From Eledone cirrhosa (taxonomy: Eukaryota), in assembly GCA_964016885.1 (NCBI GenBank), contig OZ024741.1:373612001-373676000 (forward strand): DNA of 64,000 nt, given 5' to 3'. Of this stretch, positions 37,046-48,861 are shown one piece after another. Under the pieces are notes generated by a model. It searched no databases. It was given only the letters and a program-made list of their open reading frames with translations, and was not told where the DNA came from. Each line of letters begins with the position of its first letter. Position 1 is the first letter of the stretch. A program made the translations under genes and the position numbers.

Positions 37046-37465
37046 ACTATTGCAAAACATTTTATCTGACAACCTAAAGGTTCTGTCAATTTACCACCTA
37101 TATTTTTCTTATTTTTCTTTGCCTTCTCTTCCTCCTTCTCCTCCCACTCATTCCTGGGAAGGTCTTGGGGGTAAAGTACTCAGGCATGCCTTCCAACCAC
37201 TTTCAATTGAATTGAGGAATCAGCCAATCAAGCATTAATTATACAAATTAGATCAAATGATTGTTTACATTTGTCAATGTAAATGCTTAATAGATTGGTC
37301 AAAGTCTCACAGCATCTTTTCTACCCATTTATTCCCAAGAGGGTTATGGGGGCAGATTCCTTAAACACACCTTTCAGTGGGCCCTGTCAGAAGCAACCAT
37401 CTCCAGTTGGTCTGGCTGGATCCTCAAGCGAGACCAGAGCATCAGTTAAAAATATAAAATTTACA

Positions 37466-37694
37466 TTAACGCTTTAGCATCTACTTTACTCTAAATATAC
37501 TATTATATTTTCATGGTAAAGGTTTTATCTTATATAATTATCTCACATAATATTAACACTATGAGATTTTTATATTATTCACTTTGAGAACAATACCTTA
37601 ACATAAGTATGAGCAGCTGGTTACATCCGGTTTGAACAGAAAAAGGTGAGAGAATTCTGCCCAGATATGGCCAGTTTAAATTCTAAAGAGTTAA
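37466..37694. mobile_element. piggyBac-type MITE
   Basis: TTAA ends, same internal sequence as the 15051 copy. Confidence 0.8.
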
Positions 37695-40039
37695 TACACA
37701 TAATTATATTTACATACTATTTAATGCTATACTAATTAATTAATGTTATTGGATTTAGTCCATGTCATATAAGGAAGTCATTGATGCTTGATTACATGCA
37801 GGCCACTAATTGAATTAGTAGTCAGTCAACTATTAATTATGCAAATTAAAATAACTGATTAGCTAAAGCTCCCACTATACTATAGCACCCATTATAAAAA
37901 TTGTCCATCTGATATTCTCAGCTTTGATGTCCTTGTTGGATCTCCATTTCCCATGATGAGTGAGTGCTCCAGTTGATTCAATCAACGGAACTGCCTACTC
38001 ATGAAATTAACGAGTAAGTGGCTGAGCATTCCACAGACACATGCACACATAACATAGTTCTTGAGGAGGTTCAGCTTGACACAATGTGTGACAAATCTGT
38101 CCCCTTAAATTACAGGTACAACTCATTTTTGCCAGCTGAGTGGACCAGAGTAACATGAAATAAAGTATCTTTAGCAACATGTCCGGGAATGACACTCACA
38201 ATCACTAAGCCACAGCTATCATCATCATCATCAATTAACGTCCATCTTCCATGCTAGTATGGGTTTGACGGGTCCTATTTTTAGGCAAGTTGTGTCGGGT
38301 GACCGTGTCTCGCTCATAAAGGGGTGTTTCTGGCCAGTTTTCTACAGCTGGATGCCCTTCCTAACAGCAACCACATTTACAGAGTGGACTGGGTTCTTTT
38401 TGTTGTGTCTTTTACACATCCATTTTTAAGTGTGGGCGGGGGGGGGGGGGGCATACTGTATATAAACTATGTAATACTCCACTGACAAGTATATAACTAC
38501 TATTCATCATCATCACCATTTTAACATCTGCTTTCCCAGCTAGCAAGGGCTGGGTGGGTCCACATAGACCAAGTTGGTATTGAAACGGAGCTACTGATCT
38601 CCCATGCAGGCCAGGGATCTGTGTCTCACTTATTTACAGTCTCACATTCCACCGAGTGAACTAAAGTTATATTCTAAACCAGGTCCAATTAATTCCTTTT
38701 TTATTCTATCCCTGGAAGAGATAACTGTTATTTGTTTAGTATCCCCTAAAAATAATAATTCTTCCATTACCAAATTTCTAATGAAAGACAATATGTATGC
38801 ATTTCAATTTATTTGGAAAATAGTAAAAAAAAAAACAGAGGAATTTAATAAAATAACTAACTTTTTATTAGTAAACTGATGTTTGAAACATTACTTAAAA
38901 ATTTCATAATAAAATTATGATGGAAGGTTTTATTATTATGTATGAACAAGGGTTGGTAGAATTTGTAGAGTGTCAGATAAAATGCCATGTGGTATTAATT
39001 CTGGCTATATATATTCTGAGTTCAAATCTTGTCATAGTCAACTTTACCTTTCATTCCTCCAAGATCAATAAAATAAAGTACCAGTCAAGTACTGGGGTTT
39101 ATTTAATCAACTTCACCCTCCCTCTCCCTCAAATTTGCTGGTCTTGTGGCTCAAACTAGAAATCAATATTAAGTATAAACATTTTAAAATGGGCAGTTTT
39201 GTACTATACAACTAGGGTGGTTTCAGGCAGGTTAGAATCAAAAGGGTTATGTTTATGATATCTTCAAATTGTAAAGACATGGATTTATTGTTCCATTATT
39301 GGTGATCTTAAGCTAAACAACGCCAACACTGTGTACCTATAACAAAGCTCACTGTTGCAAAGATTCAGACCAGAACCCCTATTCCATACCACTAACATTT
39401 GTCTTCATGAAGACATTGATCTGCAAATGTGCAGGCTGAACGTCAGCCATATCAATCTTATAATTTTTTTTATATCAAACCACCTGAAACTGCCCCGAGA
39501 TATTTTTTTTACAAAAACTGTTTATTTTAAAGTTGTTATATTTCAATAAAAACCTATAAGTTTATGTAAAGACGTTTGTTAAGTTTTAATCCTAACACCA
39601 GCTTAATGATGGTTTCTGATTTAGACACAAGGCCAACAATATTGGTGGAGGGAAAAGTCGATTAAACCATTCCCAGTACATTACTGGTACTTTATTTTAT
39701 CAACTCCATAAGGATGAAAAGCAAAATTAACCTCGGCAGAATTTGCACTGAGAACCTCACATCCCCCCAACTCAGCTTAAAAACTAGAAACTGAGTTTCA
39801 TTATTAGATCGCTCCAAATACTTGATTGCTTACATAATTATTAAAAAAGTTTAGTTGGTCTCATTAAAAATATGATAATGAAGGATGAGAAGGAATAGTA
39901 AAATACTTTGAATCATATACACCTCTTTCTGAGGAAGTATTATTTAATAGATAAAAGTATAAAATATACCAACCAATCTAAATATATATCCTTCAAAAAC
40001 AATGTAAAATTATTAATCCCCATCATTACAAACAGCATA

Positions 40040-40230
40040 TCTTAAGAGACTTTGTGGTCCTGGCTGACATTGCTCTGGAAGATGGTAAGGGAGACACACT
40101 GAAACAGCCACTCCACCTTGTGATCCTGGCTGACATTTGTGGGTAGCCAGCTCTGCTCCAAGAGCAGTGAGAACGGATGTGATCCAGGGGCCAAGAGAGT
40201 TGAAAGTCTCCACTGCCACTGACTCAACCA
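40040..40230 (-). mobile_element. Decayed CRE-like RLE fragment
   Basis: VAVETFNSLGP...LGAELA and VEWLFQCVSLTIFQSN, homologous to 8490-8620. Confidence 0.7.
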
Positions 40231-40997
40231 TAAACCTATGTAAAATTATGATTAAAACTTGAGGTTCTTTTTATTAAAACTTATTTATAAATTCAGATAC
40301 AACAGAGCAGTTAGTGTTTTCTGTAACAGTAAACAAAAATATGTATTGTTGTGGAGATCAAATGTTTATTTGATATGAATATCATGTCAAAAAGTCAATG
40401 AAATACAGACACAAATACAGAATCTATAACAATTGTTGAAAGTCATATTGAAAATTATTAGTGTGTTAGATTACGTGACCAAACTTTTATTAAGAAACTT
40501 TCATGCTGAAGTTCTCAAATAAAGAAGTGTATTCTCTATATTTATTTCATTAGTGGTAACAGATGAGCATTCCATTGAAATTATTGTTGTTGAAATAACA
40601 ACAGAATAGTTATATAAAGAAGGTATATTACATTACGTGACTAGAGAATGGAATTGTTCCAGAACAATTGCTCATGTCTGACTATAAATCATGAGAGAAC
40701 AGTAAACTAAACAGAAATGATCTTGGTAAATACTGGTTTCAGTACATAAGAACTATGTCGCTAGAGTGTTGATGGTTATGAGAGAGAGAGTATAGCTTAC
40801 AAACAGTCAATTGTGATAAACATGCGGATTCTCTGGAAAATATTAGTGTGTGGATGTATGTGTGTGATGTCATCATATTCAGGTGTCTTGCTACTAAATT
40901 GTGACAGAATAAAATTGATTTTAACAGAGGTTTGAGGAAATACAAAGTATTTCTCTTTACTAATCACTCATATTCACTCCATATGATCATTTATAAA

Positions 40998-41310
40998 GGT
41001 GGCAAGTTGGCAGAGTCGTTAGAACATCTGATAGAATGTTTTATGATATCTGTTCCTGCTCTCTGCGTTCAAATCCCACCGAGGTCAACTTTGCCTTTCA
41101 TCCTTTCAAAGTTGATAAAAAAAAGTACCAGTCTAGTACTGGGGTCGAGTCTTCCTCTATATCTCTCGCTTACTTTCTATCTTTCTCTGAAAGAGATCTG
41201 CTGTACTCAGGCCTGGAGAGGGATGGGCTCTGCCAGGCTTAAAATGCCCAAGAAACGCCATATGTCAATACAGCGCCTCTATGACTATCAGGAGTTACGG
41301 GACCATACAT
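40998..41310 (+). mobile_element. SINE, long-tail subfamily
   Basis: Close match to 16847-17180. Confidence 0.88.
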
Positions 41311-41394
41311 ACTTACAATCATTTATATTCACTCCATGATTACTTGTATTTACTATATATAATTATTCATATTTACTATATATAATCACTATGG

Positions 41395-41665
41395 TATGGA
41401 TCAATAATTCCTGAGGGACTTATAGAGGTACCATATTGACATAGTGTTTCTTAGGGCATTTTTAAAACTTGGCAGTGCCCATCCTCTTTCTAGGCCAGAT
41501 ATAGCAGATTTCTTCCAGAGAAGAATAAAGAGTGAAAGAAATGAAATGAGAAAGAGATATAGACAAAGAATTGACCCCAATACTGGACTGGCACTTCTTT
41601 TATCTACCTTCAATCGATGAAAGGCAAAATTGATGCTCTACTGATTCTGCCAAGCCACTGCCCTT
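41395..41665 (-). mobile_element. SINE, long-tail subfamily, inverted and diverged
   Basis: Reverse complement of the adjacent 40998 copy. Confidence 0.8.
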
Positions 41666-42084
41666 AGTCATTAATAATGATGGCAATACCATTGAACATA
41701 TTTAATTTTTAGAGTCCAAGATTTGTATGCCTTATATACACAGATTACTGGATATATGAACAATAATTCAAACTGGCAAATTTGTGTTTGGATAAAGCAA
41801 ATGTTTGCATAAACCACACAGGTTTGATTATAATACGGTCAAACAAGCTGGGCATGTAACCTAATTGAGATAGAAAAAGTGGAAATGGTCTTGATTATTT
41901 CTCCCATCTCTAGGAATCCATATACCCAACTTGCATAAGAGAAACCAAATCGTTTATGTTCATTACTGATATGTTGAAGTAGGTTAAAGAATGATATTTA
42001 ATAATATATTTCTAAGACATAATTACATCAATGTTCAGTATATATGTACAAATGATGTAGTTCATTATATGATATAGTAACTTT

Positions 42085-42300
42085 GGAGTGGCCTAGTGGT
42101 AAGGGTGTTAGACTTAGGATCATAGTATCATGGCTTTTATTCTTGGGCTGGGTTGGTTGTTGTGTTCTTGAGCAAAACACTTCATTTCAAATTGCTCCAG
42201 TATACTCAGTTGAAAATGAGTACTATCAATAGCTGGGAGTGTCCTGTCTTGTACTCTTAGTTGCTTAATGCAATGGAAACTGGGATAAGCACTGGCCTGG
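42085..42300 (+). mobile_element. Second SINE family copy
   Basis: gtggcctagtggtaaggg A-box head and gtgttcttgagcaaaacacttcatttca body. Confidence 0.75.
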
Positions 42301-42383
42301 TGCCAAAAGACAAGTAGTAGATTAAGACCAGAAAGTATAGGAGGTAAAGAAGGATAGTCAATGTCAGTATGTAAGATTCATGT

Positions 42384-42608
42384 TTAACTCTTTAGCATTT
42401 AAACCGGCCATGTCCGACCAGAATTCTCTCATTTCTTTCTTTTTAAACCAGCTGTAACTGGCCATTCATACTGATGTTAAGGTATTGTTCTCAAAATAAA
42501 TATAAAAATCTCATAGATTCGATATTATGTGAGATATTATGTAAGATAAAACCTTTACCATGAAAATACAATAGTAAATATAGACTAATGTAAATGCTAA
42601 AGGATTAA
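42384..42608. mobile_element. piggyBac-type MITE
   Basis: TTAA ends, TIR ctctttagcattt / aaatgctaaagga. Confidence 0.85.
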
Positions 42609-42963
42609 TTCCTTGTATGTTGTACCTGACCTGATTTAACAGTACTAGCAATGCATGTGCACAAACACAGACATATATGTAGATATACCCACATAAAACC
42701 CCTACCCTCTGCCTGGTAATAAATGGATCACATCTACACACACTAGCAAAATAGATTATTTCCTCTAAAACATTTCAACATTAGATATATGTTGACAAAT
42801 GTCACAAGGAATAACTTATATTTCAATGGTTACCCATGCAATTTATCTTAGTTATAAATTTTGAAATTACTAAGGTGAAAAACGTTAATATCTGCACAAC
42901 ACTGAGATGTAACAGGTGACACATTTTTCATAAACGTCTGTGTACATTCAATTCTCTCCGACC

Positions 42964-42994
<31 letters not shown>

Positions 42995-44577
42995 TGTATG
43001 TATGTATGTATGTATGTATGTATGTATGTATGTATGAGTGTGTTTGTACTTATAATTCCTAGTGGAGATGTAGGGGCGCCATCGTGATACATGTCTTTTA
43101 CTTGCACATTTTAAACCTGACTTAGCCCATCTCCTCTCCATGTCTGAACACAACTGATTTCTTCAAGGGGGGGGGGGGGGATAGTGTGATAAGGAGGAAA
43201 TGAAAAATCGACCTTGAAAGGAGGAATGGCAAAGTTGATCTCGGAGTGCAGAGAACTAGAAAGTAAACCGGTAATCATTCTATCTGACAAAGAACTGTAT
43301 AGTTTCATTATACCAGTCTTTCTGTTATTTTATTGCAGGGTTAACGAGGGCTGGATTTCATAAGGGCAGGGGCAAAGAGGGGAAATTGCCCCCAGTATTG
43401 TGGGGGGAAGATTCACCAGTGACGGCCTTAGCAATTCATTTGTGCCCTGTGCTGGGACTTTTAGCGTTATCCCTTTGACAAGAACTATATTTTTAACAAA
43501 AAGTATTTAATGCTCTTACTGTGGTAACTACAGAGACATTAGGTTGTTATCAGAACAAAATTTCAAAAAGAGCGAGAATTGTATAAAAAAAAAAATAACA
43601 TGAGACGAAGTTGTAAAGAATGACATCAAGAAACTGAACCCGACAAAGGAGATGATACAGGACAGAGTTGATTGATGATATGCCATGATAGAAAAGACAT
43701 GAATACTGGTATAAACACTGAGACACAATGTTTTTAAGGGAACGCTTTAGCCTGGCCGAGCATGTGAGGACCACTTTAGTAGTAGTGCCATAACATGCAC
43801 TCAGTACATCCTGTAAATTGTTAGTGTTGGTTTCTTGATAGAATATACCTAGTCAACTGTGTAAAGTGGTTGTGCTGATGTCGCAAAAACAATGCACCCA
43901 GTAAACATTCTAAAGTGGTTATGTCAGGAAGGGCATCCAGCCATAGAAAGCATACCAAATATGCAATGTATGAGCAAGTTGAGGTCACACCGATATGTCT
44001 GGTCTCGGACTGTGACAACCCATCCAATGTGGAAAGTAGATGTAAAATGAGGAGAGCTAGGTTTTTTAAATTTAATACCTGTATGTATAAGTTTTCAATT
44101 CCAATTACCTGTGCCAAGCCAACTTTGGTATGTAAAATTGGGAGTTTGCTGTGTATTCTAATTTTTTGTTTCTTAGAGGCCCCCGAAGGTCTAAATCTGG
44201 CCCTGGGGTTAATACCATTTTCCTATTTTCTATATTTGCCATTTAGACTTTAAAATGTAAATTACATAATTATTTGTTTGAACAAAATATTCTTGCCTCG
44301 AATAAGTACAAAGCCAGAAAGTGCGTTTTCCGATAAAATCAAATCTATGAGAATATTCCTTGTGTAATCTTTGTTTCCATATAAGTCTTTTTCAAAATGA
44401 ATATTAATAATTCTTATCAGTTTGCCTTTCTTTAATTCTTTTGATACCAAAGAACCCGAAGCAGCCCCAGGTACTACAGTACAACGCTTTTTGTTTTAAA
44501 GTGTTCATATTTATCTAGAAACTTTCGATTACAAATTTATGAGAAAAACTGTTAAACTAAGTTCCAAACACCTGATT

Positions 44578-44885
44578 GATAATGGTTTCTGATTTAGGCA
44601 CAAGGCCAACAATTTAGAGGAGAGGAAAGTCGATTAAATCGACCCCAGTGCGTTACTGGAACTTTATTTTATCGACCCCGTAAAGATAAACGGAAAAGCT
44701 AAACCAACGAGATTTGAACTCAGAACGTAACGGGTCGTAACTCTATGCCGCAAAAGTATTTTGTCCAACTCTCTACCGATATTGCCAATCCATCACCCTA
44801 CACATGCTTAATAGTGATTTCTACTTTAGGCACAAGGCCAGCAATATGGGGAGCGGGGAAAGTCGATTAAATCGACCCCAGTGCA
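44578..44885 (-). mobile_element. SINE plus an adjacent partial SINE 3' end
   Basis: Family consensus on the minus strand, twice. Confidence 0.82.
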
Positions 44886-46049
44886 TTTAAATTAAAATAT
44901 TTTTGTTATATTAAAATGTTTGTCATTTTCACTTTCTCCCTTTATAATATTTGTCAATAGCAATTAATTAAAGAATAGTATACATATTACTTCGTGTATT
45001 TTCTGACCATTTTTAGTTACTCAAGTAAAAATTGGATTTTTAACTATTTGTACCTGTCAGTAACTTGAAAATATAAAAATTATTTTATCAAAAATATCAG
45101 TGCGTGTTTCTTTAGAAAATGTGACCAATTGGGGAACATGACTGATCCTGAAAAGGAAGGAGAAAGGACAACAGCCTGGAAGAAACTAAAAATATAAAGA
45201 GCAGAAGCTACAAAAGCTGAAGTGGTTTTATAATGGGCTTTCTTGAACAGATTAGTCATTCATCAACTGCATCAGAAATGAGTGTCCACCAACCCACTGT
45301 TATATCAAGCGGAGAATTAAGTGTATTAAACGTATTTCAGGAACCAAAGGTATCTTCCAAAAGGAAAGAAGATACTAAAACTTTGAATATCATATCACAG
45401 GAAAAACACATTGCAGCTTGTTTTCATATGCCATTCGGCATCACAATCGAGGTTTCTTGGAATTTGATAAAAAATCAAGCAAAAGATTGATTATTGTAAA
45501 TTAAAATATACGTTCGATATTTACAGAAATATATATACAAAGAAATAGGGAAACGTTGAATAGAAGAAATTAAAGGAAGATAAAAGGGGTGGGAGCCTCA
45601 GACTCTAAATTAGTGAGACAAGTTGAGCATGTAAAGCGCTTGTGACGGGAAAATATGGATAGAGCCGTGTACACTTTTTCTGTCTCCCTGGGTATATATG
45701 TCAAATTTGTTTGATCATTTTATTGTCAAACCTGCACTTTAGCAGCTGACAATATGCTAACATACTTTCAAAATTCAATTTTCATAACTGTTTCTTTGTT
45801 TACCTTGGCAACCTTTTCGCCATTTTGTCTACAGGATACCGCACAGGGATACCGCTCGGGCTGGGGTGTAGATTCTATCGCACCCACTCTTTTTCTCTTC
45901 CTTATAGCAGCTTACAATAAGCTAACATATTTTCAAAACCGTGCGAGAAATGTTTACTTCAGTTCGAAGTATTTTCAAAATAATAACAGACAATTCGAAT
46001 CTATCATGAAAAATAGAAATCATTGGCACAAAGCTTCAAGATCAAATTC

Positions 46050-46510
46050 CAAATCCTTCTCACTCCTGTTGGAGTAAACCCTCCCTGGTTGACCTTCCCC
46101 GCTTCCTATCTCTGGCCATATTGGGCCATGTGGTGTCGAGGTATCAGGTCAGATCTTTGCGCCATCTTGTCTTTAACCACCCCCAAGTTCTTCCCCAATG
46201 CTTTGTTATCCACTCTGTCACTCTAATAGTCTACCTGATGCCCCTGTGACGAGAGACGTGGCTATCCCATCTATGTTTGTGCCTCCTTAAGGGTCTCGAT
46301 TACGTCCTTCACTCCAGTTTGCTGTCGAATCCAGGTGTAGCCGAGTATGATACATTCCATTTTACGTTGGGTCAGTACAAGAGTCTCATTTCCATAAGTC
46401 ATCACCAGCACAACACATTCATTAACCAACTTGCTCTTGGTTTCGATTATTGACGTGGAATTTTTAATGATGCTATAAACTTTTCTAAAAGCCGCCCAGG
46501 CAAGTACAAT
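46050..46510 (-). mobile_element. Decayed RTE LINE fragment
   Basis: Minus strand gives WAAFRK..., TYGNETL and RW..HV...IRVTEW-like motifs, with frameshifts. Confidence 0.7.
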
Positions 46511-46882
46511 CCAAGATCAAATTACATCAGAACTAAAACATACAAGATGAAATCTTCTCCACGGGATTTTCAATAACAACCGTTTAACAAAAAAAAAAAA
46601 TATCTTATATTTCTTCATCATAAGATATCCTATAGACAGGAAAAGGGAAGCAATTTGGGAAACTTAGTGGAATTACTAATATCGTTGGCAAAGTCTGTTC
46701 TGTGTATAAAAGCGTATCTCATCTCTCTCAGAGTCAGAACACAACCAATTTCTTCCACACGCACACATTTGTGTGTGCGTGTGCGTGCGTGCGTCTTAAG
46801 TATTTCCGTAGAAAGAAGAGTGCTCTATGTATAATACAGAGCTATTTAATTACATAATAAACAAAACAATATAATTATTCCA

Positions 46883-46947
46883 TTTCCAAAGGTTTCAGGA
46901 AACTAGACGATCCTTACAGAAACGTCCGACTCGTTCATCAGATGAAA
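46883..46947 (-). ncRNA. Degenerate hammerhead ribozyme-like motif
   Basis: Minus strand reads tttcat-CTGATGA-acgagtcggacg...cgtctagtttcct-GAAAC-ctt-tggaaa. Both core boxes are intact but the stems are imperfect. Confidence 0.5.
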
Positions 46948-47031
46948 TAGTTATTAAAATATATATATATATATATATATATTTATATTTCACCCCACCA
47001 GTCCCTTCAATCTATCTTATTTCTCATTCTT

Positions 47032-47067
47032 TCTTCTGATGAAGGACTAGAATCCGAAACGTTAAGA
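47032..47067 (+). ncRNA. Minimal type I hammerhead ribozyme (Penelope-type)
   Basis: TCTT-CTGATGA-a-GGA-ctagaa-TCC-GAAAC-GTT-AAGA: stem I TCTT/AAGA, stem II GGA/TCC, palindromic stem III AACGTT. Confidence 0.78.
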
Positions 47068-48069
47068 CCCTCTTCCTGCTATTTCAAGCGTTAACCTAAT
47101 ATATTCCTTCCATATACTGTACCGATTGTGTTGTTATTTCTGTTTACTTTTTACATACATTATATATATATATATATATATATACATATTATACATATAA
47201 ATATATACATATATATAGGAAAAATATTCACTACATCCTCGTTTTCTCTTATTACTCTCTCAACAAGACAAATTTTGAACTTATAACCGTGCAAAGCTGT
47301 ACCCAGAGTGCTTACAATATGTTATTCGTAATGGGGGTGGTTAGACGTTGATGTCCCGGGCGAAGAGATTCAATAAGTGCATAGAAAGAGAGAGAATCAA
47401 TCAACCAATCCTAGCACTGGACTTATCTTGGAAATGACGTAAGGCAAAGTTGACTGACGCCGTATTTGAACTCAGAACGCAGTGGGCCGGAACAAAGAGG
47501 ACCGAACGACTCAGTCAATTTGCTGCTTTCCTTCTTCAGTACAAAATTAAAATATTCAGTTGATAGCTTCTACTGTACACCAGAAATTGCGACATAGCTT
47601 TCATAATCTCAAATATTTTGGCCTTGTGTTAGATCCTACTTAAGATCAAGCACATTGAAAGCAAGTGGCAGAACTGTATCATTATATTGATATTGATTTT
47701 TCAGAAGACATTTTTTTCAATATAAAATTCTTTTCTTGAATTTATCCATCTAAAACGAAAGGATGCTGAAGACATGATGGAAATAATTTTGAATCAACTT
47801 GTAAAAACCGAAATGAGATAAAGTTTGTATGGCAATGTTGCAGTTAGGGCTGGTTATATACGTAAGTGGTGTTCAACAGAGGATTAATGGAAAAATCACA
47901 AAGCTATTTTAGTAAACAACGATAATGCTTCTCACAGTTTGGTTTCAGTGCGTGCTGCTAACCATGATGAATTGATGGTCATTTATTTTATTCTATTCAT
48001 ATATATGTATTTATTTTCGTGCAATTCAGTCACTTCGTTGACTATTTTTCTTCGTTAGTAGAAATTGTG

Positions 48070-48410
48070 TATATGTATGTGTATGGACCCCTAACAAAAG
48101 TTGTGTGTGTGGACTCGTAACTCCTGATGGAGTTACGAGTCCACACACACTGTAATAATATACGTCTTGGATACTTTAAACCTGACTGAGCCTATCTCCT
48201 CTCCATGTCTGAACACAGCCGATTTCTTCTAGAGAAAGTGAGAGGACGTGAGAAAGAGATGTAGAGAAAGAATTGATTCCAGCACTAGACTGGTATATTT
48301 TTTATTGACCTCAGAAAAATGAAAGGAAAAATTGACCTCGATGGGATTTAAACTCGGAGAGCACAAAGAACAGAAACTTTATATTCGACGTTCTACCAAT
48401 TCTGCCATTC
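48070..48410 (-). mobile_element. SINE, long-tail subfamily, with fold-back of its 3' end
   Basis: Family body on the minus strand and a perfect hairpin at 48103-48150. Confidence 0.75.
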
Positions 48411-48781
48411 ACTGCAATTTAGCAACAGCTGAAGAATATAATATAAATAGTTGTAAACTTGAATCTGAAACTCGACGGAGATTCAGAATAGAAACTATGG
48501 AGCAAGTTAGTAAATACTTTCGATAACAGTCAAACATTTTGCAAAACATATTTGATGATCAAAACCAAACTGATTGCAGAAGAGGTGATAAATCAGATAC
48601 TGTTAAATGTCTACTTTTAATTTGTTAGATTGCATTGGTTTTGGAATGAAATTTATATTCAAATTGACTGTGTTCAATAGCAACTCCAATATCATAATGC
48701 TGCATGCGATTTAAAGGCCCTTCGGAGGATCTCAGTCCCCAAACTGGCATTTTCTTCAACAAAATCGAGAATAGTGCATAC

Positions 48782-48861
48782 CGCTTGAGGAAAGTGTTCC
48801 GTGGGGTAGTGTAGCTGATACGAGTGTTGCTGCCAGTTCTCTCCAGGGATGCCATCGCCAT
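48782..48861 (-). CDS. Candidate first coding exon of an unidentified gene (MAMASLERTGSNTRISYTTPRNTFLKR)
   Basis: Good start context caaaATGGCG, unique GC-richer CpG-containing sequence, donor CG|GTATGC. No homologue recognised. Confidence 0.4.
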
